DNA of 64,000 bases from Chloroflexota bacterium (lineage in GTDB: Bacteria > Chloroflexota > Anaerolineae > Promineifilales > Promineifilaceae), in the NCBI GenBank assembly GCA_024277135.1, contig JAJRVV010000103.1, forward strand, positions 1,207 to 65,206. The letters run 5' to 3'. Shown here piece by piece: positions 53,714-62,196 of this stretch (position 1 is its first letter; every line of letters begins with the position of its first letter). The position numbers and the translations under genes are program-made. The notes under the pieces were generated by a model. It saw nothing but the letters and a program-made list of their open reading frames with translations, ran no database searches and was not told the origin of the DNA.

Positions 53714-54220
53714 ATGCAACTCGTTAATCAATACTCTGCGCTGTTTTCCCTGATCTTACCAGTGGGGCTGCTGGCAACGGCCGTTGTCTGGCGTCATCAT
53801 CCCCTTCGCAGCCGGATCGTGGGCGGCTTCGGCCTGTTGCTGCTGGTTTTCATCGGCTACTTCCTGATCCAGCCGGAAGCTGATGCAGTGGCTGTCAATG
53901 AAGTGGAAAGGCTGTTGACCGCGGCGGACGGACGGCCGCCGGACAATCGTCCGCTGTTCCTGTACCTCTACTCTGACTATTGAGCGGCCTGCCTGCGGGC
54001 CAAACCCATCGTGGATGGGTTAGAAGCAGAGTGGGGCGAGCAAGTGTACGTGGTGCGCCTCAACGTCCACGATAAGGGCGTGACGCCCCTGCTCCAGCGA
54101 CTCAACTTCCGCTTTACGCCTACCTTCATCCTGTTCGATGGCGAAGGGCAGGAGGCGTGGCGCACTACCGGCATCGTGAATCCTGACGAAGCCAGCCAAA
54201 AGGTAACCGGCTTGCCGTGA
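53714..54220 (+). CDS. membrane-anchored thioredoxin-fold protein with one in-frame TGA at the first Cys of the CxxC motif (selenoprotein candidate, otherwise pseudogene)
   Basis: Track ORFs 53714-53983 and 54011-54220 are in the same frame, separated only by the TGA at 53981-53983. The joined sequence reads ...PLFLYLYSDY-[TGA]-AACLRAKPIVDGLEAEW...FTPTFILFDGEGQEAWRTTG, a Trx fold with its cis-Pro region. Confidence 0.45.
54003..54021 (+). promoter_or_regulatory. hairpin 20 nt downstream of the in-frame TGA (SECIS-like position)
   Basis: AACCCATC gtg GATGGGTT: perfect 8-bp stem with apical loop GUG. Confidence 0.35.
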
Positions 54221-55227
54221 CCATGCCCAATCAAAAATCAAAAATCCAAAATCCAAAATCCCGCCACGTCCACCTCTTTTTCATGGACGGCGTGGGCATG
54301 GGCGGGGACGACCCGGCGGCGAACCCGTTTGTGACGGCCGCACTCCCCTACCTGACCGGGTTGTTTGGGGAGAATTGGTTTTTTCCCAACGGCCGTCTCA
54401 CCACCCCTCGCGCCAGCCTCATCCCCACCGACGCTAACCTGGGCCTGCCGGGACGGCCGCAATCCGCCACCGGGCAGGCCGCCATCCTCACTGGCCGCAA
54501 CGCGCCCCAACTGGTCGGCGAGCATTACGGCCCCAAACCGAACCCGGCCGTCGCCGCCGTCATCCGGCAGGGGACGTTATTTCACGATGTGGTCGCTATC
54601 GGCGGACGCGCCGCGCTCATCACCCCCTACCCCCAACCCTATTTCGACGCCATCGCCAGCGGCCGGCGGCTGCTCTCCAGCGTGCCCCTGGCCGTCACCG
54701 ACGCCGGTTTGCCTTTGATGACGGCCTATGATTTGCGAAACGGCCGTGCCGTCAGTCCCGGCTTCACCGGCGCCGGGTGGCGGGACCACCTGGGCTACAG
54801 CGACATCCCCCTCATCACCCTGGCAGAAGCCGGGCAGCGCATCGCCGCCATCGCCCGCGAACACCATTTCAGTTTCTTTGAACATTGGCCCAGCGACCGC
54901 AGCGGGCATCGGGGTTCGTTGGATGCGGCCGTCAGCCACCTGGAAATGCTCGACGAAGCCATCGGCGGCTTGCTGGCGGCGTGGGATGACGAACATGGCC
55001 TGCTCATCATCACCAGCGATCACGGCAACATCGAAGACAAGTCCCAGCGCCGACACACCCGCAACCCGGTTCCCACCATCCTAGCCGGCCGGGGGCACGC
55101 CGAATTTGCCGCTCAGATTCACGATTTGACAGATATTGCGGCCGCAGCGCGTCAATTCCTCGGCCTGAACCAACAGTCAACAGCTAACAACCAACAGTTA
55201 ACAGTTAACCCAAGAGGTGAAACATGA
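54217..55227 (+). CDS. metalloenzyme-superfamily phosphomutase (cofactor-independent phosphoglycerate mutase-like)
   Basis: HVHLFFMDGVGMGGDDP, SATGQAAILTG, ITSDHGNIED motifs. The N-terminal tag PNQKSKIQNPKS and the C-terminal tail NQQSTANNQQLTVN are repeat-encoded. Confidence 0.55.
   Translation: MTMPNQKSKIQNPKSRHVHLFFMDGVGMGGDDPAANPFVTAALPYLTGLFGENWFFPNGRLTTPRASLIPTDANLGLPGRPQSATGQAAILTGRNAPQLVGEHYGPKPNPAVAAVIRQGTLFHDVVAIGGRAALITPYPQPYFDAIASGRRLLSSVPLAVTDAGLPLMTAYDLRNGRAVSPGFTGAGWRDHLGYSDIPLITLAEAGQRIAAIAREHHFSFFEHWPSDRSGHRGSLDAAVSHLEMLDEAIGGLLAAWDDEHGLLIITSDHGNIEDKSQRRHTRNPVPTILAGRGHAEFAAQIHDLTDIAAAARQFLGLNQQSTANNQQLTVNPRGET
54228..54262. repeat. AAAATCC-type heptamer array just inside the 5' end of the phosphomutase-like CDS
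   Basis: caatcaaaaatcaaaaatccaaaatccaaaatccc. Confidence 0.8.
55171..55212. repeat. CAACAGT-type heptamer array (6 units) at the 3' end of the phosphomutase-like CDS
   Basis: caacagt caacagc taacaac caacagt taacagt taaccca. Same family as 311-380. Confidence 0.8.
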
Positions 55228-55724
55228 GTATCGGTTCTGAACAATTTCGGGACGCCCTGCGCCATTTTCCGGCCGGGGTGACGATTGTGACCATGAAAAC
55301 GAAGGATAGCGAGGTGCGGCATGGCCTGACGGTATCCGCCTTCTCCTCCATCTCGCCCAAACCGCCGCTGATCATGGTGGCGATTGACCACCGCGCCAAT
55401 GCGTACAAAATCATGGAACAGGAAGGGACAGTGTTTGCCGTCAATATCCTGGCCCAAGACCAGATGGAGTTATCCAATCGGTTTGCCTGGATTAAGGATG
55501 AGGATCGGTTTGCACAAGGGGATTGGGGCACGGCCGTCACCGGCGCGCCCATTCTGCAAAACGCCCTGGTCTGGCTCGACTGCACCATTTTTGCCCGGCA
55601 CAACGTCGGCGACAACACCCTGTATCTGGGCCAAGTTCAGGCCAGTCAAGTCAACCGCCCCGAAGAGCCGCCGCTCATCTATTGGAACCGGGGATACCGG
55701 CAGCTAAAGTTAGGGGATGATTGA
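55224..55724 (+). CDS. flavin reductase-like FMN-binding protein
   Basis: FRDALRHFPAGVTIVT...GLTVSAFSSISPKPPLIMVAID pattern. Overlaps the upstream stop by 4 nt. Confidence 0.75.
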   Translation: MSIGSEQFRDALRHFPAGVTIVTMKTKDSEVRHGLTVSAFSSISPKPPLIMVAIDHRANAYKIMEQEGTVFAVNILAQDQMELSNRFAWIKDEDRFAQGDWGTAVTGAPILQNALVWLDCTIFARHNVGDNTLYLGQVQASQVNRPEEPPLIYWNRGYRQLKLGDD

Positions 55725-55915
55725 AATGAACAATGAGAAATGAGCAATGAACAAGTTATTCGTTGTTCATTACTCATTGTTCATTATTCATTACTCATTA
55801 TTCATTACTCATTGTTCATTACTCATTGTTCATTATTCATTACTCATTGTTCATTACTCATTATTCATTACTCATTATTCATTACTCATTGTTCATTACT
55901 CATTGTTCATAGCTC
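55724..55915. repeat. about 190-bp TCATTAC/TCATTGT/TCATTAT heptamer array with an inverted head
   Basis: gaaatgaacaatgagaaatgagcaatgaacaa, then more than 20 units of (t)cattactcattgttcattattcatt... Lies between convergent genes. Track ORFs 55740-56033 and 55747-55962 merely translate it. Confidence 0.85.
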
Positions 55916-57348
55916 ATCCTGGCCGCCGCCCATTCGTACAACTGCTGATACCCCAACGCTGACCGGCGCCAGGAGAAATCCCGGATCATGCCGTTGCCTT
56001 GAATTTGCCGCCAGCTATCCTTGTCCACATTGAAAATATAAATCGCGCGTTGCAGCGCCTGCCAAAAATCCTCTGTGGCGTAATTGTGGAAGGTGAAGCC
56101 GGTGATGCCGTCCTGCACCGTATCCGCCAGGCCGCCGGTGGCGCGCACCACCGGCACGCTGCCATAACGCATGGCGATCATTTGCCCCAATCCACATGGC
56201 TCAAACAAGGATGGCATAAGGAACAAATCACTCCCGGCATAAATAAGCGGGGCCAGACCAGCGTTATAGGCCAAAAATGCGGTCATTTTTTGCGGATGCT
56301 GGCTGGCCAGATGGGCAAACATCCGCTCATACTGCGCCGCCCCGGTCCCCAGCGCGATGAACTGCGCTTCCCCGGCGTAACCGTTCATCAGCAAGTGGAC
56401 GACATGGCCGGTGATGTCCATCCCTTTTTGCCAATCCAGCCGGGAGATCATAGCCACCAGGGGGATGTCGTCCCGTAGGGGCAGACCCGCTTTTTCTTGC
56501 AGCGCGCGCCGGTTGGCGGCACGGCCGTCCATCTGCCCCACCCCATACGTTTGCGCCAATCGCGTATCCGTTTCTGGATTCCACACGGCCGTGTCCAACC
56601 CATTGAGAATGCCAAACAAATCCCCCTGCCGGTGACGCAGCAACCCATCCAGACCGGCGCCGCCATCAGACGTCATAATCTCGCGGGCGTAGGTAGGGCT
56701 GACCGTGTTCACCAACGTGGCATGGAAAATGCCCCGCGCCATAAAATTCACTTCCCCATACCCTTCTTCCCGCAGCGAATGGGTGCAAAGCTGAAGATAG
56801 TCAAAAATATCCCAGCTCGTTTTGCCCTGGTGCGCCAGATTGTGAATGGTGAAGACAGACGCCATCTTTTGAAAAGCGGGATGCCGTTGCCCGGCGGTCG
56901 CCAGCCAGGTGACGGCCGGGGCTGCGTGCCAATCATGCGCATGAACCAGATCCGGCCGCCAAGCCAGCGCCAACGTCAATGCCAGCGCCGCCCGGCTGAA
57001 AAAGGCAAACCGGTACGGGTCGTCGCCATACCCATACGTTTGGGGGCGAGCAAACAAATTGCGCTCGGCGATGAAATAAACCGGCACATCGCTGTCCGGC
57101 AGACGCCCCTGGAAAACGCCGGCTTCTATCAAACCGGAGCCGGTGGGCACGCGCAGCGTATGCGGCATAGGGGTCACGCCCTCAACCCCGCGCTCAATCG
57201 GCAGATAGGCGGGCATGACCACCCGCACATCATGCCCCAGCGCCCGCAGCGCTTTAGGCAAAGAACCGGCCACATCGCCCAGACCGCCCGTTTTGGCGAA
57301 GGGGGCGGCTTCAGCGCTGATGAACAAAATTTTGAGCGAATTTGTCAT
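55900..57348 (-). CDS. glgA: glycogen synthase
   Basis: KILFISAEAAPFAKTGGLGDV and full-length GlgA. Start set to MTNSLK (ATG 57348). Confidence 0.9.
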   Translation of the reverse strand: MTNSLKILFISAEAAPFAKTGGLGDVAGSLPKALRALGHDVRVVMPAYLPIERGVEGVTPMPHTLRVPTGSGLIEAGVFQGRLPDSDVPVYFIAERNLFARPQTYGYGDDPYRFAFFSRAALALTLALAWRPDLVHAHDWHAAPAVTWLATAGQRHPAFQKMASVFTIHNLAHQGKTSWDIFDYLQLCTHSLREEGYGEVNFMARGIFHATLVNTVSPTYAREIMTSDGGAGLDGLLRHRQGDLFGILNGLDTAVWNPETDTRLAQTYGVGQMDGRAANRRALQEKAGLPLRDDIPLVAMISRLDWQKGMDITGHVVHLLMNGYAGEAQFIALGTGAAQYERMFAHLASQHPQKMTAFLAYNAGLAPLIYAGSDLFLMPSLFEPCGLGQMIAMRYGSVPVVRATGGLADTVQDGITGFTFHNYATEDFWQALQRAIYIFNVDKDSWRQIQGNGMIRDFSWRRSALGYQQLYEWAAARMSYEQ

Positions 57349-57358
57349 ACCCTCACCA

Positions 57359-58576
57359 TCATTTACCGCCAGCCCACCCCACAAACAGGATGACGGCCGT
57401 CCCCGCCAACGCCGCCCCAAACAAAAAGGGAGCCTGGGGGCCGAATCCGGGCCAGGAACCGACGCCCTGCCACAGTATACCGGCGATCAAGCTGGCCGGT
57501 AAAGCCGCCAATCCCACCGCCGCGTTGTACACGCCAAACGCCGTTCCCCGCTGTGCCTCTGGCGCCAGATCGGCTACATACGCTTTAGCCGTGCCTTCAA
57601 AGGCGGCGTAGTAAATGCCATACAACGCATAGAGCAGCCAGATGTGGACGGCGGTTCTCGCCAGGGCAAAGCCGAGATAGAGCGCCCCATACACCAGCCA
57701 GCCGCCGATGATGATTGGGCGACGGCCGTATCGATCTGACAGCGATCCCATTTTGCCCGACAAAGCGGCATACACCAGGTTAAACGCGGCCAGCATCCCC
57801 AAAATGGCGACGATGCTCAATCCCCGCTCCTGCGCCCGCAAAATCAGGAAGGCGTCGGCGGAATTGCCCAGGGTAAACAGGATGATGATGAACAAAAAGC
57901 GGCGAAAACGGCTGTCGAATTCTTTTAACGACAGCCGGGGCCGTTTTCGGGGACGGGTGACGGCCGTTTCCTGCACCCCGATAACTAATGCCGCCACCGC
58001 CAGCCCGCCGGGCACGATGCTCCACAACACCACTCGCTGGAACGCCGTCCGGCTCAAAGCCAGGCCATTCGATTGCACCAGCCACACCACTGCCAGGGCG
58101 ATGAGGATGCCCAGCATGGCCCCCGCTGTGTCCCCGGCCCGGTGCAGGCCATAGGCTCGTCCTCGCTGCGCCGGGGTGATGCTGTCGGCGATCAACGCAT
58201 CGCGCGGCGCGGTGCGGATGCCTTTGCCCACTCGGTCAGCGAAGCGCACGCCGAGGACGGCCGTCCATGACCCGGCCCATACCAGTAGCGGCCGTACCAG
58301 CGCCGAGAGACCATACCCGGCCGCTGCCAACTGTTTGCGGCGGCCTAATTTATCCGAAATCCAACCAAAATATACTTTGAGTAAACTGGCCGTCGTTTCG
58401 GCAATGCCTTCAATCAGGCCAATCGTCGCCGCGCGCGCGCCCAGCACGTTGGCCAAAAACAGGGGCATCAAGTTTAAGACCATCTCGCTGGCGATGTCGT
58501 TGAGAAAACTGGTGGCAGTCACTGCCCAGATGTTACGTGGCAGTGATTTTTGTGAGGGAGGTGTTTCCGTTATCAT
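57359..58576 (-). CDS. MFS transporter
   Basis: 405 aa with 12 TM helices and the GWISDKLGRRK loop motif. Confidence 0.75.
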   Translation of the reverse strand: MITETPPSQKSLPRNIWAVTATSFLNDIASEMVLNLMPLFLANVLGARAATIGLIEGIAETTASLLKVYFGWISDKLGRRKQLAAAGYGLSALVRPLLVWAGSWTAVLGVRFADRVGKGIRTAPRDALIADSITPAQRGRAYGLHRAGDTAGAMLGILIALAVVWLVQSNGLALSRTAFQRVVLWSIVPGGLAVAALVIGVQETAVTRPRKRPRLSLKEFDSRFRRFLFIIILFTLGNSADAFLILRAQERGLSIVAILGMLAAFNLVYAALSGKMGSLSDRYGRRPIIIGGWLVYGALYLGFALARTAVHIWLLYALYGIYYAAFEGTAKAYVADLAPEAQRGTAFGVYNAAVGLAALPASLIAGILWQGVGSWPGFGPQAPFLFGAALAGTAVILFVGWAGGK

Positions 58577-58622
58577 TTTTTTCTCCTGATGCCGGGATTA
58601 TCACGCCATTTACCAAAGGCGG

Positions 58623-58672
58623 CAATTAACAATTAGCAATTAACAATTAGCAATTAGCAATTAGCAATTCAT
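58623..58672. repeat. CAATTAG/CAATTAA heptamer array
   Basis: caattaacaattagcaattaacaattagcaattagcaattagcaattc. Related words at 1918-1950, 59503-59525 and 62117-62165. Confidence 0.8.
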
Positions 58673-58735
58673 TATTCCTCCCCCCTGTTGTACAATAGAG
58701 TTAATGCGTGCATATTTGGAAACCAGGAGACAACC

Positions 58736-59503
58736 ATGAGTATTCGTCGAATGCTGCCCTTCATCCTCATCAACATCATCGTCTCCGCCGCCGTGGTGCT
58801 GGCGGTTCTGTTTTGGTGGGAGCGGCGGCAGGCGGAAACGGCAGAACCGACGCCGCCGGCCGTCATTGAAGTCACAGCGCCGCTGGCAACGGCCGTGCTC
58901 GACCTGGCCGCGCTGCCCACCGACACGCCGGAGCCGGAAGGCAACCAACCGCTCATCCACATCGTCAAAGCCGGCGAAACGCTGGGCAGCATCAGCCAAT
59001 TCTATGAGGTAGATTTAGAAGACATCATGACGGTGAACGGGATCGGCAACCCTAACTTGCTGTCGGTGGGGCAAGAACTGGAAATCCCGATTGGCGGCAT
59101 TCCCACACCCACGCCGCCGCCCACAGATACGCCGGCCCCGGCCCAAATCCCCTCGCCCATCCCCACCGAAGATTTGTCCGGGAACGGAGAAGTGATTGTG
59201 GAGATCACGGCCGTCACCGGCAGCGGCCGTCTCGCCGAAGAAATCGTGCAAATCACCAATCGGGGCGGTCAACAAATCGCTCTGCTGGGTTGGCAGCTCG
59301 CCGACGCCGATGGCTTTGTCTATACTTTTGGCCCCGTTACTCTTTTTGGGGATGGGGCAGCCATTCAACTGCACACCGAAACGGGCATAGACACCCACGC
59401 TGACTTGTTTTGGGGGCTGGAAACGCCCATCTGGGCCAGCGGCGAGCTGGTCACTTTATCCGATGCCGATGGTAACACTCAGGCTACTTATCAAATTCCG
59501 TAA
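58736..59503 (+). CDS. membrane-anchored LysM + lamin-tail-like (LTD) domain protein
   Basis: Start at MSIRRMLPFILINIIV (AGGAGA RBS). LysM IVKAGETLGSISQFYEVDLEDIMTVNGI. C-terminal VEITAVTGSGRLAEEIVQITNRGGQQIALLGWQLAD. Confidence 0.65.
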   Translation: MSIRRMLPFILINIIVSAAVVLAVLFWWERRQAETAEPTPPAVIEVTAPLATAVLDLAALPTDTPEPEGNQPLIHIVKAGETLGSISQFYEVDLEDIMTVNGIGNPNLLSVGQELEIPIGGIPTPTPPPTDTPAPAQIPSPIPTEDLSGNGEVIVEITAVTGSGRLAEEIVQITNRGGQQIALLGWQLADADGFVYTFGPVTLFGDGAAIQLHTETGIDTHADLFWGLETPIWASGELVTLSDADGNTQATYQIP

Positions 59504-59533
59504 TACCAATTGACAATTAATTGGAGGTTCATC

Positions 59534-59752
59534 ATGCGTGGCTTGATTGATAAAAAGGGAGAGCAATTCGCTTACGTTGAAGGCGCCGCTTTATACACAT
59601 TAGACGGAGAGTTGACGGGCCGCATCAAAGGGGATTTCGTCATTGACCTGGCCGGTAACAAGGTCTGGCGCATTGTGGGCGATGGCGTCTATTCCCTAGA
59701 CAGCATGGAAACAATCGGCTTTTTCAGCGGCGAGAAACAAGAGCAGGGATGA
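59534..59752 (+). CDS. small hypothetical protein
   Basis: 72 aa with GGAGG 6 nt upstream of the ATG. Internal duplication (GELTGRIKGDFVIDLAGNKVWRIVGDGVYSL). Confidence 0.5.
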   Translation: MRGLIDKKGEQFAYVEGAALYTLDGELTGRIKGDFVIDLAGNKVWRIVGDGVYSLDSMETIGFFSGEKQEQG

Positions 59753-59825
59753 CAGGGTAACAAGGTGACAGGGTGATGGGGTGGTTTCATCCTTCATCCT
59801 TCATAATTCAAAGCAAGGAGGTTTT

Positions 59826-60698
59826 ATGCGATTAGGCGCACATATGAGTGCGGCCGGCGGCGTTTACACCGCCTTTGCTCGCGGCCAGAAGGCTGCCTGC
59901 GAGACCATTCTGGTGTTTACCAAGAGCAACCGGCAGTGGAAAGCGAAACCATTGGCCGATGAAGATGTCCAGAATTACCGGGAGGCGGCCGCCGAACATA
60001 GCGGTATTTTCCCAACGGCCGTTCACGCCAGCTATCTGATTAACCTCGCTTCCCCCAAGCCCGATTTGTGGCAGAAATCCCTCGACGCGCTCAAAATCGA
60101 AGTGGAGCGCGCCGGGCAGCTAGGCATCCCCCTGCTCGTCTTCCACCCCGGCTCCTACGTCACCGCCGATGAACAAACCGGACTGGATAACATCGTCCGC
60201 GCTTTGCAGCAGCTTTTGGCGGATACGGCCGATTCCGCCCCCGGCGTGACAGTGTGTCTGGAAACAATGGCCGGGCAGGGTACCAACCTGGGGCATCGCT
60301 TCCAGCAGTTGGCCTATTTGCTGGAAAACGCCGGGCCATCGGAACGGATGGGCGTCTGCTTCGACACCTGCCACGTCTTCGCCGCCGGATACGACATCCG
60401 CACCCCGGAGGCGTATGCAGCCACGATGTCTGAATTCGACCGGGTGATCGGCCTGGAACAGATCAAATGCTTCCATTTCAACGACAGCAAATTTGAGTTG
60501 GGCCGGCGCAAAGACCGGCACGCCCACATCGGCGACGGCTTCATCGGCGGGGAAGGATTCGCCAACTTCCTCAACGATCCGCGCTGGGCAGAGTATCCGG
60601 CCCACCTGGAAACACCCAAAACGGAAGAGGATGAGGACGGTAACGAGATTGAAATGGATGTGGTCAACCTGGCAACTTTACGCAGCTTAATCAAATAG
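59826..60698 (+). CDS. nfo: endonuclease IV
   Basis: MRLGAHMSAAGG..., FHPGSY, CLETMAG, CFDTCH, FHFNDSK...DRHAHIGDG metal-ligand motifs. AAGGAGG RBS. Confidence 0.9.
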   Translation: MRLGAHMSAAGGVYTAFARGQKAACETILVFTKSNRQWKAKPLADEDVQNYREAAAEHSGIFPTAVHASYLINLASPKPDLWQKSLDALKIEVERAGQLGIPLLVFHPGSYVTADEQTGLDNIVRALQQLLADTADSAPGVTVCLETMAGQGTNLGHRFQQLAYLLENAGPSERMGVCFDTCHVFAAGYDIRTPEAYAATMSEFDRVIGLEQIKCFHFNDSKFELGRRKDRHAHIGDGFIGGEGFANFLNDPRWAEYPAHLETPKTEEDEDGNEIEMDVVNLATLRSLIK

Positions 60699-60819
60699 GA
60701 AGGTTGTAGAATGGTAACATAAATATTACTATTACTATTGATTTATGGCTGTTGCCAGAAATTTTAGGGACACAATTCAAGAACGTGTTAAATATGACGA
60801 CGCATTTGCTACAGCGTTG

Positions 60820-60838
60820 CTAGCAGGCTGTCGGAGAA
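60820..60838. repeat. solo terminal arm of the MITE-like element
   Basis: CTAGCAGGCTGTCGGAGAA, the reverse complement of the right-arm type TT(C/T)TCCGACAGCCTGCTAG. Confidence 0.5.
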
Positions 60839-60847
60839 TGATTTAAT

Positions 60848-60935
60848 GGATACACGGATGATACGGATCTAACGGATTTACACGGATTTTCCCTTATTTT
60901 ATCCGTGAAAATCCGTCCAATCCGTTCTACCCGTG
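60848..60935. repeat. CACGGAT-type repeats including a 10-bp hairpin
   Basis: ggatacacggatgatacggatctaacggatttacacggattttc ... gaaaatccgtccaatccgt. ACGGATTTTC pairs with GAAAATCCGT. Confidence 0.7.
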
Positions 60936-61014
60936 TTGCTATTTCGACTCTTCCGGCAAGCGAGCAAACCGTTAGCCAGCTAAATCGCCTTAAAATTAAC
61001 ATTAGTTTTGAAAT

Positions 61015-61443
61015 TTAACTGACACTTCGAGCAACAAAATGAGGAAAAGACGCTCGCCGCTCATCCTGCAAGATGTCGTCTATTTCCAGCCAATGCATCC
61101 CCTCCCACAAATAGACATCCAAATCCACGCGCAAATCGTCGCTGACGACGACGCCTTCGGCGCGTAAGCGATCCGCCTGTTCGTTGCCGCTATGTTCCGG
61201 GTTGATGATGCTGATGCGTCCCTGACTGTTGATCACCCGCTGCCAGGGCACGCCGTGATCTTCTTTGTCCTTGAGGGCGCGCAGGGCATACCCCACCGCT
61301 CGCGCCGCCGTGGGCCGGCCCAACATGCGCGCCACACGGCCGTAACTCGTCACCTGCCCCCGCGGAATCCGGCGCACCACCGCATAAACCTGTTCGTAAA
61401 AATTGGAAGCGCTCACCCCGACATTATAATGAGAAATGAGCAA
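61015..61443 (-). CDS. alkyltransferase-like (ATL) protein: MGMT DNA-binding fold with Trp in place of the acceptor Cys
   Basis: IPRGQVTSYGRVARMLGRP...VPWQRVINSQG (PWQRV instead of PCHRV). The start is uncertain: TTG at 61443 lies in the repeat; GTG at 61416 is possible. Confidence 0.7.
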   Translation of the reverse strand: MLISHYNVGVSASNFYEQVYAVVRRIPRGQVTSYGRVARMLGRPTAARAVGYALRALKDKEDHGVPWQRVINSQGRISIINPEHSGNEQADRLRAEGVVVSDDLRVDLDVYLWEGMHWLEIDDILQDERRASFPHFVARSVS

Positions 61444-61492
61444 TGAACAATGAGCAAACAGATTTGTTCATTGCTCATTTCTCATTGTTCAT
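61428..61492. repeat. 20-bp perfect inverted repeat of the TCATTGT word family
   Basis: GAGAAATGAGCAATGAACAA (61431-50) pairs with TTGTTCATTGCTCATTTCTC (61464-83). Confidence 0.8.
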
Positions 61493-62126
61493 CCCCCCCC
61501 CGCCCACTTAAAACTCGCCAGCAAAAACGCCGGAATCCAGGCCCACATAGCGTACAACTCCCACATGTGCCCCAAATACCCCAGATTCGCCAGCGCCACT
61601 TCCCGCTTCCGCATAATCTGGCCGATGTATTTCCAGTTAAACGGCGGCGCTTGCGTTCGATATGGCCCTTCCTGCACAAAGAGCCAGGCGATGAGACCGC
61701 CCGCCATCGCCAGCCCCGCCGCCAGATACAACACCAGCCGCCAATCGCCCACCCCGCCAAAAACATGCCGGTGAGAAAGCGTAGCAGCAGGGCGGCGGCC
61801 AGCCCGTCGGCCACAGCCGGGATGAGCGCCGTTGCCAGCCCAGCCAACAGCGAGGCGGCGGTGAAAAACCAGCGGGCCGGGATGCGGTCGGCCAGGTTGA
61901 GAACCGCCGACGCCAACGCCCCCGCCACAAAGCCGATCTGCACCGACATCGTCAGCCAGGCACGGCCGCCATCGCTCAGATTCCACGCTTCGGTGAGGGC
62001 CGGCACCACCGCCGACGCCGAAAACCAGACAGCCATCCCCAGCATTTCGGCCAGGGAAAGCAGCCAGAGGGTGCGCCATTTGTGAGGGGAGGGGGTTGTG
62101 GTCATGTGCGTCTCTTTAATTGCCAA
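61489..62126 (-). pseudogene. frameshifted and 3'-truncated MFS transporter remnant
   Basis: The frame from 62126 gives MFS TM1-4 (WLLSLAEMLGMAVWF...RFLTGMFLAG) and then nonsense. A second frame (61489-62079) continues with GDWRLVLYLAAGLAMAGGLIAW...LGYLGHMWELYAMWAWIPAFLL. It ends in the repeat after about half a transporter. Confidence 0.55.
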
Positions 62127-62196
62127 TTGTCAATCGTCAATTATCAATTGCTAATTGCTCGTTGCTTCTCATTAGACGCACAAACCGGGGTCAGGC

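Noticed and set aside
53984-54220. A stand-alone 69-aa ORF starting at GTG 54011 as an independent small thioredoxin-like gene.
   Set aside because: It would lack the redox motif and the first beta-alpha unit of the fold. It is in frame with, and continuous in homology with, the upstream ORF across the single TGA.
55724-55915. Repeat arrays as CRISPR loci.
   Set aside because: The period is 7 nt with no unique spacers of 25-40 nt, and there are no cas genes in the window.
55740-56033. Track ORFs 55740-56033 and 55747-55962 (SLLIVHYSLLIIHYSLFITH...).
   Set aside because: They are pure translations of the TCATTAC/TCATTGT heptamer array, not genes.
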